Assembly: GCA_035516965.1 (NCBI GenBank)
Contig: DATIZR010000064.1
Span: 6,724 to 70,723, forward strand
DNA length: 64,000 bases
Direction of reading: 5' to 3'
DNA from: Nitrospirota bacterium
GTDB lineage: Bacteria; Nitrospirota; UBA9217
In this document: piece after piece, positions 50,085 to 60,439 of the stretch
How the letters are laid out: each line of letters starts with the position of its first letter
Position numbering within the stretch: the first letter of the stretch is position 1
The notes under the pieces: model-generated
What the model was told of the DNA's origin: nothing
Database searches by the model: none
The model's input: the letters and a program-made list of their open reading frames with translations, nothing else
Made by a program: the position numbers and the translations under genes

Positions 50085-50122
50085 GCCATCGGTCGCCGCG
50101 CGTGACTCTCGATGATGTTAAA

Positions 50123-50477
50123 TGGTGGAGGCGGTGGGATTCGAACCCACGTCCGAAAACCGTCAGCCAGAAGCTCATACATGCTTATCCCCTCATTTAT
50201 AGCTGTCGCCTCTTCCGGCGCCTCAGGGAAAGCTCCGGAGTCAGCCAGCCCGGTTTATCTTATCCTCCCGCCCCGGACGAAGTCGGGAAGACCAGCCTGG
50301 TTTGTGACGTCCCTGCGGCAGTTCAGGCGCCGGCCGCGGAACGCGCTGACTAGTTAATTAGGCAGCGAGTGCCAGTTCGTTATTGGCAGTTGTTATTTAC
50401 CATGTGTTTTACGAGCCCCATGGCACCTCGGCATGCAACTCCTGACCTCTGTGTCCCCGTCGAAACCTGTCGCCCCC
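50123..50477 (-). ncRNA. ssrA: tmRNA (SsrA), tag peptide ANNELALAA
   Basis: The minus strand gives 5'-GGGGGCGACAGGUUUCGACGGGGACACAGAGG… and 3'-…GGAUUCGAAUCCCACCGCCUCCACCA (T-arm/acceptor). The internal ORF gccaataacgaactggcactcgctgcctaa encodes ANNELALAA followed by a stop. Confidence 0.9.
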
Positions 50478-50641
50478 TTTTTTGATGAACAGGATACGGC
50501 CCTTGCCGCTTGAATCAAGAGTCCGGACACAGACAGCGTCAACAGGCGCATGAAGGGATAATTGTTAGGGGAGGGAAGTTATCCCTGTGCCTCTCAGCGC
50601 GGCCCGCGTCCAAATCACTATTCCAACAATAATATAGTACT

Positions 50642-50956
50642 CTATTTCCCGGCACAATTCAACAGCCGCTCCGCAACTTCCGTACCGATCCCGATGATCC
50701 TGACGATCTTGTCACGCGACGTATGACCGGAAACGATCTCGACCTGGGACTTTGATACGGAAAAAGTATCCGCGAGGAACCGGATCAGGGCCTCGTTCGC
50801 CGCGCCGTCCACGGGCGGGGCAGTCAGCCTGATCTTGATGCCCCCGTCCTCCCTGCGGACGACCTCGTTCTTCGAAGCGCGCGGCTGGATGCGGACAGAC
50901 AGCGTCACACTCTCCGCCGCTGCCTTATTCCGCGGCCGGCCCTGCCTGGCTTTCAT
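50642..50956 (-). CDS. DUF167 (YggU) family protein
   Basis: …VTLSVRIQPRASKNEVV…IKIRLTAPPVDGAANEALIRFLA… is the YggU signature. The exact start is uncertain (it overlaps divIVA). Confidence 0.65.
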   Translation of the reverse strand: MKARQGRPRNKAAAESVTLSVRIQPRASKNEVVRREDGGIKIRLTAPPVDGAANEALIRFLADTFSVSKSQVEIVSGHTSRDKIVRIIGIGTEVAERLLNCAGK

Positions 50957-51404
50957 TGCCGCTTTCCTCGAAGGTCACCATTTCGAGATGCATCTGGATC
51001 ACCTTCTTGATGTCCTGCAGGAAGTGGTGCTTCCGCCGCTTCAGCTCCTGGATGTCCGTTTCGAGCCTGACCTTCTCCTGCTGGGTATTGCCGATGATCT
51101 GCTGGCTGCGCACCTCGGCGTCCCTGATGATCAGGTCCGCCTCCTTGCGCGCGTTCTCCTTCGTGTCGTCCGACACCTTCTGGGTCATGATAAGCGTGTT
51201 CTTGACCGTCTCCTCCCGGGAGACGAGCTCGGCCATCCGCTGGTCATAGGACTGCCGGAACTCGCGCAGCTCCGTCACCTCGCGCAGGAGCGCCTCCATC
51301 TCTTCCCGCACCAGGTCGAGAAAGTTGTCGACCTCGACGCGTTCATACCCCCGGAAGCCCACGTGGAACCGTTTCTGCTGGATGTCGAGCGGTGTAATGT
51401 TCAT
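50925..51404 (-). CDS. divIVA: DivIVA-domain cell-division protein
   Basis: N-terminus MNITPLDIQQKRFHVGFRGYERVEVDNFLDLV followed by a coiled coil. Confidence 0.85.
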   Translation of the reverse strand: MNITPLDIQQKRFHVGFRGYERVEVDNFLDLVREEMEALLREVTELREFRQSYDQRMAELVSREETVKNTLIMTQKVSDDTKENARKEADLIIRDAEVRSQQIIGNTQQEKVRLETDIQELKRRKHHFLQDIKKVIQMHLEMVTFEESGNESQAGPAAE

Positions 51405-51436
51405 AGGATCGCCTCCCGGCCGATGGGTCCCGTGCG

Positions 51437-51736
51437 TTAGCCCATCGAATGGCCGATACGAAAGAGCGTGTTGATCAACGCGTACTGCAGAAAGATGATG
51501 ATGAGGATCGCAATGAGCGGTGAAAAATCGATGCCGACCTTATACGGCGGCACCAGCTTCCTGATGGGCCTGAGCGCCGGCTCGGTCATCCTCGCGAGGA
51601 TCTGCACGATCGGGTTGTAGGGGTCCGGGTTCACCCAGGAGATGAGCGCGCGGATGATGATGACCCACATGTAGATGTTCAGCACGACGTCGAGCACCTT
51701 GGCGATTCCCAGAATGATATTGCCGAATACGAACAT
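51437..51736 (-). CDS. yggT: YggT-family membrane protein
   Basis: …VLNIYMWVIIIRALISWVNPDPYNPIVQIL… YggT signature. ATG at 51736 with GGGAGGG upstream. Confidence 0.8.
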   Translation of the reverse strand: MFVFGNIILGIAKVLDVVLNIYMWVIIIRALISWVNPDPYNPIVQILARMTEPALRPIRKLVPPYKVGIDFSPLIAILIIIFLQYALINTLFRIGHSMG

Positions 51737-52395
51737 TGTCCCTCCCGTTGTAATGCCGACCTGCAATCGACTAGCGTCGACCTGCACCGACCAGTGGCGA
51801 CAAATCCCGTCCAAGAAACAAAATAACTTCTAAGAAGCGGGATATTGTTTCCCGCCTTTGCACCGAATCTTCGACAGATTCTCTACTTGTCGTTTTTATA
51901 CGACAGCGTCCAGTTTCCGGCGTCACGAATCATGGCCGCCAGCAGTGCGAGTATACGCTCGTATTTCTGATCAAGCGTACCTGCTGTTTGCTTGTTTATA
52001 GAAGAGCACCGGAGCGACACTTCTATCCACGTTTGCGTTTCGGATCCCTCAGCTTCTGCGTCGTTCAATTCACTCTTAAATGCTGCTTCATATCATCGCT
52101 TCCGCCACGCTTCGGCAAGATTGGCGGCTACAGCGCGGGAGGATCTACGGATCTGGTCCACGAGAGAATACTTTTCCTCGGTTGGAAAGACTTTGGTAAT
52201 TTCATAAATCTCCATGGCTGCATCCATTGCGACCTGCCATACATGTAATTCTGTATGGCTCTGAATGTTCCCCCATGCTCGCCTTTCGGTCTATCCAATT
52301 GCCTCACGTCGTCTCACTGTTAGCCTGCTGGTTTCTGTCGTCGCTCATTCGGTTTTCGTCGCCTATCATCGCTTGTCTGTCGATTCTGTCAGGTT

Positions 52396-53208
52396 TTACT
52401 TCCCCAGTTCCCTGCTCCTGGCAGCTGCCGCTTCCACGGCGTTCATGAGCGTGGCCCGGAGCTTACCCTTCTCGAGCGCGTGCAGCCCTTCGATGGTCGT
52501 CCCCCCGGGCGAGGTCACCATGTCGCGCAGTTTGCCCGGATGCTCACCGGTCTCGAGCACCATCTTCGCCGATCCGAACACGGTCTGGGCCGCGAGTTCC
52601 AGCGCAAGGGGCCGGGGCAGCCCTGCCTTCACACCCGCGTCGGACAGGGCATCAATGATCATGAACACGTAGGCAGGGCCGCTGCCCGACAGCCCGGTCA
52701 CGGCGTCCATCAGCTTCTCGTCCACGACCACGGACCTGCCCACGGCGCCGAAGATCTGCTGCGCCAGCCCCATATCATCCTGCGTTGCCTTTGACCCGGC
52801 AGCGATGCCAGCCGCACCGGCGAGCACGAGCGCGGGCGTGTTCGGCATCACCCTGATCACCCGGGGCTCTGCCGCAAGCATCTTCTGGATCCTGTCGATC
52901 GTCACGCCTGCGGCGATGGAGATGACCAGCTTTGTCTTATCCGCGACGGGGGCGATCTTGGCCAGGACCACGTCGATGACCTGGGGCTTTACGCAGAGCA
53001 GCACGACGTCGGCGCCGGACGCGGCGTCCCGGGTGCTCTTCTGGACTATGATACCATAGGTCGTCCTGAGATGCTCGAGCCGGTCGGCGGAGACATCATT
53101 GACGACCAACTGGTCCGCCTTCACGACACCGGCTGCAAGCAGCCCCCTGATCAGCGCCTCGGCCATGTTCCCGCCGCCCAGGAATGCGATTTTGCCCTTT
53201 ATCGTCAT
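52396..53208 (-). CDS. proC: Pyrroline-5-carboxylate reductase
   Basis: N-terminus KIAFLGGGNMAEALIRGLL (Rossmann) and the ProC C-terminal …SPGGTTIEGLHALE…. Confidence 0.9.
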   Translation of the reverse strand: MTIKGKIAFLGGGNMAEALIRGLLAAGVVKADQLVVNDVSADRLEHLRTTYGIIVQKSTRDAASGADVVLLCVKPQVIDVVLAKIAPVADKTKLVISIAAGVTIDRIQKMLAAEPRVIRVMPNTPALVLAGAAGIAAGSKATQDDMGLAQQIFGAVGRSVVVDEKLMDAVTGLSGSGPAYVFMIIDALSDAGVKAGLPRPLALELAAQTVFGSAKMVLETGEHPGKLRDMVTSPGGTTIEGLHALEKGKLRATLMNAVEAAAARSRELGK

Positions 53209-53268
53209 GCCGCCCCCTCTGTTTCCTTCGATGGTCCTGCCTGTTGCTCCGAGCTCCCGCGTACGATC

Positions 53269-53955
53269 CTATCTTCTTTCCCCGAATATCGCCGTGCCCA
53301 CCCGCACCATGGTTGCGCCTTCTTCGATGGCGACCTCGAAATCGTTGCTCATGCCCATGGAAAGCTCTTTCAGGGATACGCCGGGGATCCGCTCCCGCGC
53401 GATGGCCTCCGACAGTTCGCGCAGCTTCCTGAAATAGGGCCGCACCCGCTCGGGATCGTCAAGGAACGGCGGGATGGTCATCAGCCCCTTGAGCGAGAGG
53501 TGGCCCAATTTTGCCGCTTCTCTCACCAGGCCGGCAGTCTGCTCGATCGCCGCGCCAGCCTTGCTCTCCTCCCCGGCGATGCTCACCTCGATCAGTATGT
53601 CCTGTACCTTCCCGATCTTCGCGGCCTGCCGGTCGATCTCCCGGGCAAGCTCGATGCTGTCCACGGAATGGATCAGATAGAACAGCCTGACCGCATACTT
53701 TGCCTTGTTCGTCTGGAGATGGCCGATCAGGTGCCAGCTGGCGACCGGTCCGAGCATCTCGATCTTTTCCTTCGCCTCCTGCACCCGGTTCTCGCCGAGG
53801 ATCAATGCCCCGGCCTCAACGGCCTCGCGGATGCGGGCGACATCGACGGTCTTGGTAACGACAACGAGCTTGATGGCGGAGGGCTCGCGGCCGGCCCGCT
53901 GGGCCGCGGCGGCGATCCTGTCCAGGACCGTCTTGACGTTGTCCTCAATTGACAT
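53269..53955 (-). CDS. yggS: YggS-family PLP homeostasis protein (alanine-racemase N-domain fold)
   Basis: …KLVVVTKTVDVARIREAVEAGALILGENRVQEA… and …HLIGHLQTNKAK…. Confidence 0.9.
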   Translation of the reverse strand: MSIEDNVKTVLDRIAAAAQRAGREPSAIKLVVVTKTVDVARIREAVEAGALILGENRVQEAKEKIEMLGPVASWHLIGHLQTNKAKYAVRLFYLIHSVDSIELAREIDRQAAKIGKVQDILIEVSIAGEESKAGAAIEQTAGLVREAAKLGHLSLKGLMTIPPFLDDPERVRPYFRKLRELSEAIARERIPGVSLKELSMGMSNDFEVAIEEGATMVRVGTAIFGERR

Positions 53956-54052
53956 TGAAAGTTAAAGGTCTTTGACACTGATTATCACAGATCAGCCTAT
54001 GATTAGACCATGATTTTCATAGATTCATTCAGTGTCCGTCTGTGTCCCTAAT

Positions 54053-54829
54053 TCAAGGTCTTATCATGATAACCGACAGCATCCTGCCGGTCCTGCCTTC
54101 GGCGCGGAAGGAATAGAACAGGTCCCTTCTGCAGCAGGTGCAGAGGCCGAGGGAGTGGACGTTCCCCGGCGGAAGTCCCGCCTGCACGATGCCGATCCTG
54201 TTCAGCTTTACGAGGTCCAGGCTCCACTTGTCGTTGCCGAGCGGAGAGGCGGCCTTCTGCCAGAGGGAGAAGCTCTCTTTCACCGGGCCCATGACCGGTT
54301 CGTCCACTTCGTAGCACTCTGGCCCGATCGCCGGGCCGATGGCCGCGATCATCCGCGAAGGATCGGAGCCGAATTCGTCCTGCATCGTCTGCACGGCCTT
54401 CCGCACGATCTTCTTGACCGTGCTCCGCCAGCCGGCATGGACCGCGCCGATCGCGGGTATGACGGGGTCGACCAGCAGCACGGGTACGCAGTCTGCGGTC
54501 TCGACGCCGATGGCGATGCCGGCCTGGTTCGTGACCATGGCATCGGCCTCGACCGGCAGCAGGCTCGTGTAGTTCTGATCATCGACACGCACGATCGTAT
54601 CGCCGTGAACCTGGTTCACGGTCACGACGCGGTCAGGAGCCACTCCGAATGCTTCTGCCACGACGTTCCAGTCCCCTGACAGCTTGAACCCGTTCGTGCG
54701 GGCACCGAGGCCGTTCCTTCTCGTGGTGAACGCATGCCTGACACGCGGGATCTGTTCAAGCCCGGGAATTGTGAGCAGTTGAACATTTTTCTCAGACGTG
54801 AATTGTTTCTGTTTTCCGTCCCTGTTCAT
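54053..54829 (-). CDS. pgeF: Peptidoglycan editing factor PgeF / YfiH (DUF152, multicopper polyphenol-oxidase-like)
   Basis: …TADCVPVLLVD…AVHAGWRST… and the C-terminal …LGLCTCC… motifs. ATGA overlap with the upstream radical-SAM gene. Confidence 0.85.
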   Translation of the reverse strand: MNRDGKQKQFTSEKNVQLLTIPGLEQIPRVRHAFTTRRNGLGARTNGFKLSGDWNVVAEAFGVAPDRVVTVNQVHGDTIVRVDDQNYTSLLPVEADAMVTNQAGIAIGVETADCVPVLLVDPVIPAIGAVHAGWRSTVKKIVRKAVQTMQDEFGSDPSRMIAAIGPAIGPECYEVDEPVMGPVKESFSLWQKAASPLGNDKWSLDLVKLNRIGIVQAGLPPGNVHSLGLCTCCRRDLFYSFRAEGRTGRMLSVIMIRP

Positions 54830-56589
54830 CCCTGTTCATCCGCGGCCGCAGATTTCTCTTCCGGCGTGCACACTCCGCAGGCCTTGCAGGAGCCCACGCT
54901 GCACACTGGCGTGAACTTTCCGTCGAGGGCCCGGTTGTATTCGTTCCTAAGATAATCTTTCCTCACACCGATGTCAATGAAATCCCAGGGAAGGACCTCG
55001 TCGAACGAGCGTCTGCGCCTTGCGTAGAAGTCCATATCCACGTTCAGCTCCCTTGCGGCGGCCTTCCAGTCCCCACTTTTTTCATGGGCGCTCCTGATCA
55101 GCGCGCCGACCCTCCGGTCCCCGCGGGACAGGAGCGCCTGGATATACTCCCACTTCGGAAGGTCGTGGATCATGTTCATGTTCCCGGTCCTCCGGACTGC
55201 CTTTTCGAGAAAACGCTGCTTCCTGTTCAGCACCTCCACCGCCTCCATGGGCTCCCACTGGAACGGCGTGAACGGCTTCGGTACGAAGGAGTTTACCGAG
55301 AGGGTGATCCTGCCGATCCTGCCCGCAGGCCGCGCGTGCCTGAGTTGAACCTCGCGCACCTGCATGCTGAGCGCAATGATCGCCTCAACGTCCTCCTGCG
55401 TCTCCGTGGGCAGGCCCAGGATGAAGTAGAGCTTCAGGTTCGGAATGCCGCGGCCGAAGACCATGTCGGCGGCCCTCAGGATATCCTCTTCGCTCACGCC
55501 CTTGTTGATGACCCTGCGGAGCCGTTCGGACCCCGCTTCGGGCGCAATCGAGATGGTCTTGTGCCCGCTCTTCGCGAGCCGTTCGATGAGCGCTTCGCTC
55601 ACCGAGTCCGCGCGCAGGGACGAGACCGAGACGCCGCCTTCGATCGCCATGCAGAGCTCGTTGATGTGGGGATAATCCGAAAGCGCCGCGCCCACGAGGC
55701 CGATCCTGCCGCACTGCGCATCGGCTTGCGCAGCCTGCCGCTTTGCCGCTTCGATGCCGAGGTTCCGCGGCGGGAGATAAAGGTACCCGGCCATGCAGAA
55801 TCTGCAGTGCCTGCCGCAGCCCCGGGTGATCTCGGACAGGTACCGGTCGCTGAACTCGGTGTTCGGCGTCAGGATCGCGGTGGCGGCGGGGAAACGGTCG
55901 AAGTCCCCGGCAGTTCGCTTGGCGATCATTTCCGGCGCGGAGGGCTCGTGTTTTCTGCGCTCCCTGATCGTTCCGTCCTCATGATACAGGACCTCATAGA
56001 ACTCCGGCACGTACACGCCGGCGATGGCGCTCAATGCCCTGAGCAATTCCCCGCGGCTATCGTCTCGGTGCTTTCGATAGACATCGACGAACTCATTTAC
56101 AACGTCCTCGCCCTCCCCCGCGATCACGAGATCGAAGAAGTCCGCCAGGGGTTCGGGGTTGAAGAACGAGCAGATGCCGCCGAGCACCACGAGCGGTCCC
56201 TCGCCATTCCGCTCCTCCCGGGAAGCCGGGATGCCGGCGAGCCGCAGCATCTCCAGGATGTTCAGGTAGTCCTGTTCGAAGGAGACCGAGAAGGCCAGGA
56301 TGTCGAACTCCCTGACAGGCCGCCGGTTTTCGAAGGTAAAGAGCTTCCTGTTGGTCTTTTCGTACTCCTCGATGTCCTCCTCATCGGGAAGGAAGACCCG
56401 CTCGCATGCCGTGTCAGGACGGCCGTTCAGGATGCGGTAGATCTGGTGAATGCCGAGGTTCGACATGCCGATATGGTAGGTGTTCGGGTAGGCGAGCGCG
56501 ACCTCGATGCCGGCGCCGCGGGCCTTAACAACCGCTCCCCGCTCAGCGGCAAGGAGGGAATCGATTTTTTCGTCAAGTTTCCGGGACAT
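54826..56589 (-). CDS. B12-binding-domain radical SAM protein (TIGR03960-like)
   Basis: The CxxxCxxC cluster …ITRGCGRHCRFCMAGY… is preceded by a Rossmann-like B12-binding-type N-domain (…VALAYPNTYHIGMSNLGIHQIY…). Confidence 0.8.
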   Translation of the reverse strand: MSRKLDEKIDSLLAAERGAVVKARGAGIEVALAYPNTYHIGMSNLGIHQIYRILNGRPDTACERVFLPDEEDIEEYEKTNRKLFTFENRRPVREFDILAFSVSFEQDYLNILEMLRLAGIPASREERNGEGPLVVLGGICSFFNPEPLADFFDLVIAGEGEDVVNEFVDVYRKHRDDSRGELLRALSAIAGVYVPEFYEVLYHEDGTIRERRKHEPSAPEMIAKRTAGDFDRFPAATAILTPNTEFSDRYLSEITRGCGRHCRFCMAGYLYLPPRNLGIEAAKRQAAQADAQCGRIGLVGAALSDYPHINELCMAIEGGVSVSSLRADSVSEALIERLAKSGHKTISIAPEAGSERLRRVINKGVSEEDILRAADMVFGRGIPNLKLYFILGLPTETQEDVEAIIALSMQVREVQLRHARPAGRIGRITLSVNSFVPKPFTPFQWEPMEAVEVLNRKQRFLEKAVRRTGNMNMIHDLPKWEYIQALLSRGDRRVGALIRSAHEKSGDWKAAARELNVDMDFYARRRRSFDEVLPWDFIDIGVRKDYLRNEYNRALDGKFTPVCSVGSCKACGVCTPEEKSAAADEQG

Positions 56590-56755
56590 GCGCGGATTAT
56601 ACTATGCCCCCCCTGTTTGCGCAAAAGAAATCGCCCCTTTCATAACCCCGTGATTATTAAAGAACGGGACACGATCATCCGACAAGATTCGTATCAACCA
56701 GCTTCCCCGGCCGCATCCCTGGCCGGAACCGCACCCTGAAGAGGCTTAAGACGAT

Positions 56756-57781
56756 ATGTCGACACTCTCTCTCGTAGCTGTGTTTCTTATTCTGGCCGGC
56801 GCGGCTCTCCTGTTCTTTGCCGGTCTTCGTGCGCGCACGAAGACCGGCCATGCCCCGCAGGAGCTGCAGCAGGCAATCGCCGCGATGAAAGAAAGCGAGG
56901 AGCGGTACCGGCAGCTCATCGAGCTGTCACCCGATGGGATCGCCATCCACATCGAGGGCAGGTTTGTTTTCATGAACCCGTCGGGAATGCGGCTCCTCGG
57001 TGCGGCAGATCCCGCCAAGGTCATCGGAAAATCCGTATTCGAATTCATCCATCCCGATTACCACGAGATCGTGACGCAGCGCATTCAGGGACTGTCCCGG
57101 GCCGGGGCCCAGACCGCTCCCTGGCTTGAACAAAAATATATCCGGTGCGACGGAACGGAGATCGATGTGGAGGTTGCGGGGAATTTCTTTTCCTCAGGCG
57201 GAAAACCAGCGGTCCAGATCATATTCCGGGACATCAGCGAACGGAAACAGATCGAGGAGGGGCTCAGGCGGATCGCGCTGTATGATGATCTCACGGGTCT
57301 GCCGAACCGGGCGCTCTTCTTCGACCGCACGCGCCAGCTTCTGGAGCTGGCGAAGCGAAACAGATTCGTGCTCGCGGTCCTCTATATCGACCTGGACCGT
57401 TTCAAGGCGGTCAACGATGCGCTCGGGCATGAGATGGGCGATCTGCTGCTTAAGGAAGTGTCCAGGAGGCTGGTTGCCTGCACCCGGAAGGCGGACACGG
57501 TGGCCCGTATGGGAGGAGACGAGTTCGTCGGGCTCTGTGGTAAGATCGAGGCGCCCGAGGACGCCGCGGTCGTCGCCCGGAAGATCATCGAGGTGCTGTC
57601 CGATCCGTTCGTGCTCAGGGAGCATGAGTGCAGCATCGGCGCCAGCATCGGCATCAGCATCTACCCCGGGGACGGCGATGATGTGGAGACACTCCTGAAC
57701 AGGGCTGACGCCGCCATGTACCGCGTCAAGGATAGCGGGCGGGGCGGGTTCCTGCTCTACCGCGACATGACCAAACCGTGA
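56756..57781 (+). CDS. PAS-domain diguanylate cyclase (GGDEF)
   Basis: N-terminal TM. PAS segment (…SPDGIAIHIEGRFVFMNPSGMRLLG…). GGDEF active site RMGGDEFVGL. Confidence 0.85.
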   Translation: MSTLSLVAVFLILAGAALLFFAGLRARTKTGHAPQELQQAIAAMKESEERYRQLIELSPDGIAIHIEGRFVFMNPSGMRLLGAADPAKVIGKSVFEFIHPDYHEIVTQRIQGLSRAGAQTAPWLEQKYIRCDGTEIDVEVAGNFFSSGGKPAVQIIFRDISERKQIEEGLRRIALYDDLTGLPNRALFFDRTRQLLELAKRNRFVLAVLYIDLDRFKAVNDALGHEMGDLLLKEVSRRLVACTRKADTVARMGGDEFVGLCGKIEAPEDAAVVARKIIEVLSDPFVLREHECSIGASIGISIYPGDGDDVETLLNRADAAMYRVKDSGRGGFLLYRDMTKP

Positions 57782-57878
57782 TCCACACTGCACCGGGCCT
57801 GCGCCGGCCGGCCCTTCACTTCGGCCGGGCGCTGACAATATCGCCGCGCGGCGCCCCGCCTTCCGTCCCCAAGTCATC

Positions 57879-59096
57879 TCATTTCACATCGGCCTTCCTG
57901 AAGCTTCGGTAGAGCAGCAGGTCATACACGATCTTCAGCCCCCCGGAAACGAGGAACGGTGCGGCCAGGAGCGCCGGCGTCGCAAGGAAGACGCCGGTCA
58001 GGGCCGGCGAGAAGGCCGCGCCGATCGAGCGGGCGATGGTCGTGACGCCCGAGGCGGCCGACCGTTCGTCCGGCGCTACGACGGCCATGGTGTAGGATTG
58101 GCGCGTAGGCACGTCCATCTGGGAAATGCTGAAGCGGAGCAGCAGCACGGTGACCGCGAGCGCCAGGTTCGGCATGAGCGGCACCAGACAGAGCAGCACG
58201 TTCGACGGGATGTGGGAAAACACCATGGTATTGATCAGGCCGAAGCGGTTGGCAAGCCGGATTGCGAAAAGCGCCGAGAGGCCGGCCAGGATATTGGCCC
58301 CGAAGAAGATGCTGCCCAGAAGCGCAGCGTCCACGCCAAACCGGATGTGGAACCAGTAGGCGACCATGCTCTGGATCACGAACCCGCCGGCAAAGGCGTC
58401 GAGCGCGAACAATGCGGAAAGCTTCAGGACCACGCCCCGGGACTGATGCAGGCCGAACACACGCGCCACTGCGCGGGAGGCGGGCTTCGCCTCCACTCCC
58501 GGAGAGAGGAACAGGAAGAGCGCGGCCAGGATGATGCCGCATGCGGCGTATTGAACAATCACCGCGCGGTAGGATAGGAGCTCCGTATATCCGGCGCTCA
58601 CGATAAGTTTCGAGAGGAGCCCGCCGGCAAGCGCGCCCGAGGCTGCGGCAAGCGAACCGGCCACGTTGTACCAGGCGAACGCCCTGGTGCGCTGCTCGGC
58701 AGGGAGAAGCTGGGAGAGCGCCGCATGTTCGAGGGAGAGGAAGGGCCCGATCTCGTTGCCGCTCGGACTGATCACACCGATGATTCCCGCGATGATGAGG
58801 ACGGGCGGGTTCCCGGTCAGACTGAAGACGACGCCGGCTAAGACCATGAGCCCCGCGCCCAGGAGAAGCATTTTTTTTCTGCCGCGCACGTATGCGTGGT
58901 CTGCGGTCGTCGTGATCCAGAGCGTTATCACCGCATCGCCTGCAAGCGTGAGCGTGAAGAGTAGCCCGATCAAAACGCCGGACAGGCCGATCTCGTGGAG
59001 GTACAGGGCAAGGACCACGGAGAGCGCGCCATAGGCGAAGAGCCGGACGCTCCGGGCAACGAAGAGAAGCGCGACGTCAGACCGTGTATATGCCAT
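57879..59096 (-). CDS. MFS transporter
   Basis: 12-TM protein with MFS-type loop motifs. Start placed at MAYTRSDV… to minimise overlap with the upstream gene. Confidence 0.7.
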   Translation of the reverse strand: MAYTRSDVALLFVARSVRLFAYGALSVVLALYLHEIGLSGVLIGLLFTLTLAGDAVITLWITTTADHAYVRGRKKMLLLGAGLMVLAGVVFSLTGNPPVLIIAGIIGVISPSGNEIGPFLSLEHAALSQLLPAEQRTRAFAWYNVAGSLAAASGALAGGLLSKLIVSAGYTELLSYRAVIVQYAACGIILAALFLFLSPGVEAKPASRAVARVFGLHQSRGVVLKLSALFALDAFAGGFVIQSMVAYWFHIRFGVDAALLGSIFFGANILAGLSALFAIRLANRFGLINTMVFSHIPSNVLLCLVPLMPNLALAVTVLLLRFSISQMDVPTRQSYTMAVVAPDERSAASGVTTIARSIGAAFSPALTGVFLATPALLAAPFLVSGGLKIVYDLLLYRSFRKADVK

Positions 59097-59541
59097 GGGA
59101 CTTTCCCTGCTTGACCATCTCCCGACAGTAGGCGTACAGCGCATCGTACACGATCCATTCCGCGGCATTGATCGCGTGGTCATCCTTGAGCCCCAGGTGA
59201 CGGAAACCTTCGGCGACCGCGTTCAACCCCGGGCCCTCGGGCTGGCAATACAGGCTGTTGTCAGTATCCGCGCCGTTCACGATCCTGGCGAGCAGCACGA
59301 GGGCCGGGTCCGTTGTCAAACCGTATTTCCTTACGATCGCATCGAACGAGCACTCTTTGCCGTGGTGGCCGAGTTCAACGTTCGGCACGTCAAAGGGGAT
59401 CGCTCCCAGACACGCGGCCTCGGCCTGAACTTTCTCGGCTGGTGCAAATATGAATTCAGCGTCCTTGTCCACGAACTTTCTGATCAGCCAGGGACAGGCG
59501 ACGCGGTCGACCTTGACCTTCTCTCTCGTAATCCATTTCAT
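59077..59541 (-). CDS. Chromate-resistance ChrB C-terminal-domain (Chrom_res) protein
   Basis: MKWITREKVKVDRVACPWLIRKFVDKDAEFIF matches the Chrom_res domain start and is parallel to the internal segment of the full-length chrB at 61731..62711 (…FVDRMASAWLIKRFIDPKASFVFI…). Confidence 0.7.
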   Translation of the reverse strand: MKWITREKVKVDRVACPWLIRKFVDKDAEFIFAPAEKVQAEAACLGAIPFDVPNVELGHHGKECSFDAIVRKYGLTTDPALVLLARIVNGADTDNSLYCQPEGPGLNAVAEGFRHLGLKDDHAINAAEWIVYDALYAYCREMVKQGKSHGIYTV

Positions 59542-59574
59542 GGCCCTGTTCTCCCCCGCGCTTTCTTCAGCTTC

Positions 59575-60414
59575 TCACGCTTTGACGACAAGCACGGCGC
59601 AGCCGGCGCTCCCGATGACTTTCTCAGTCGAGCTTCCCATGAGAAGCTTCTTTATGCCGGTTTTCCCGTAGGTCCCCATGACGATAAGATCAACTCCTCT
59701 GCCGCTTGCCGTTTCCACGATGGCAGTGAAGGATCTTCCTGTCGGGGTGACCGCCTCCGCGGATACGCCCTCCCTGCGCGCTGCTTCGGCGGCGGCGCTT
59801 GCGTGCTTCCCCGCGTCTGCGCGCTCGCCCTCATCCCGCATGGCCGAGAGCGCGATAAGATGGCTTCCGCAGCGCTTTGCAATGGCAATCGCTTCAGTGA
59901 CTGCCGCCGTGGCGTGAGCCGATGCGTCAGTGGCGACCAGAATGTTTCTGTATTCGATCTGGGCCGCCCGGGGAACGATGAGGACCTTGCAGGGCGCGTG
60001 GGCGATGACTTTTGCCGCGGTTTCTCCCATCAGGGCCTTGGCCACTCCTTTGCGTCCCCGCCTGCCGATAACGATCATGTCGACCTTCTTTTCAACTGCC
60101 TCGCCAACGAAGGCCTCCGCGGCGTCGGTCGATTCGCGCAGAACGGTTTCGCACAGGACATTCTGCTTTGCCGCCCGCGCCTTGATCGCTTCGAGGTGGG
60201 CCGTCGCCTCGGCTTCTTCTTTCTCGAAGACATTCGAGCCGATGGTCTCGAATTCGGGGTTCGTTTCAAGCGTCATGCAGGCAACTAATCGACTCGAGCA
60301 TTTGGCGGCAAACGTGATCGCCTCCCGGATGGCTCCCTCGCTGTAGTCCGACATGTCTGTTGCCAGGAGCAGTTTTTCCAGTTTTCCGATGGGGCATGCA
60401 GGTGCTGTCGTCAT
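59575..60414 (-). CDS. Universal stress protein, tandem UspA domains
   Basis: Two repeats of the …LVVATDxS… / …VIGxxGxxGxxxxxLGSxxxxVxxxAxCxVLVV motif family. Confidence 0.8.
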   Translation of the reverse strand: MTTAPACPIGKLEKLLLATDMSDYSEGAIREAITFAAKCSSRLVACMTLETNPEFETIGSNVFEKEEAEATAHLEAIKARAAKQNVLCETVLRESTDAAEAFVGEAVEKKVDMIVIGRRGRKGVAKALMGETAAKVIAHAPCKVLIVPRAAQIEYRNILVATDASAHATAAVTEAIAIAKRCGSHLIALSAMRDEGERADAGKHASAAAEAARREGVSAEAVTPTGRSFTAIVETASGRGVDLIVMGTYGKTGIKKLLMGSSTEKVIGSAGCAVLVVKA

Positions 60415-60439
60415 ATCGATTCCTCCTTGTTTGCGCTTT

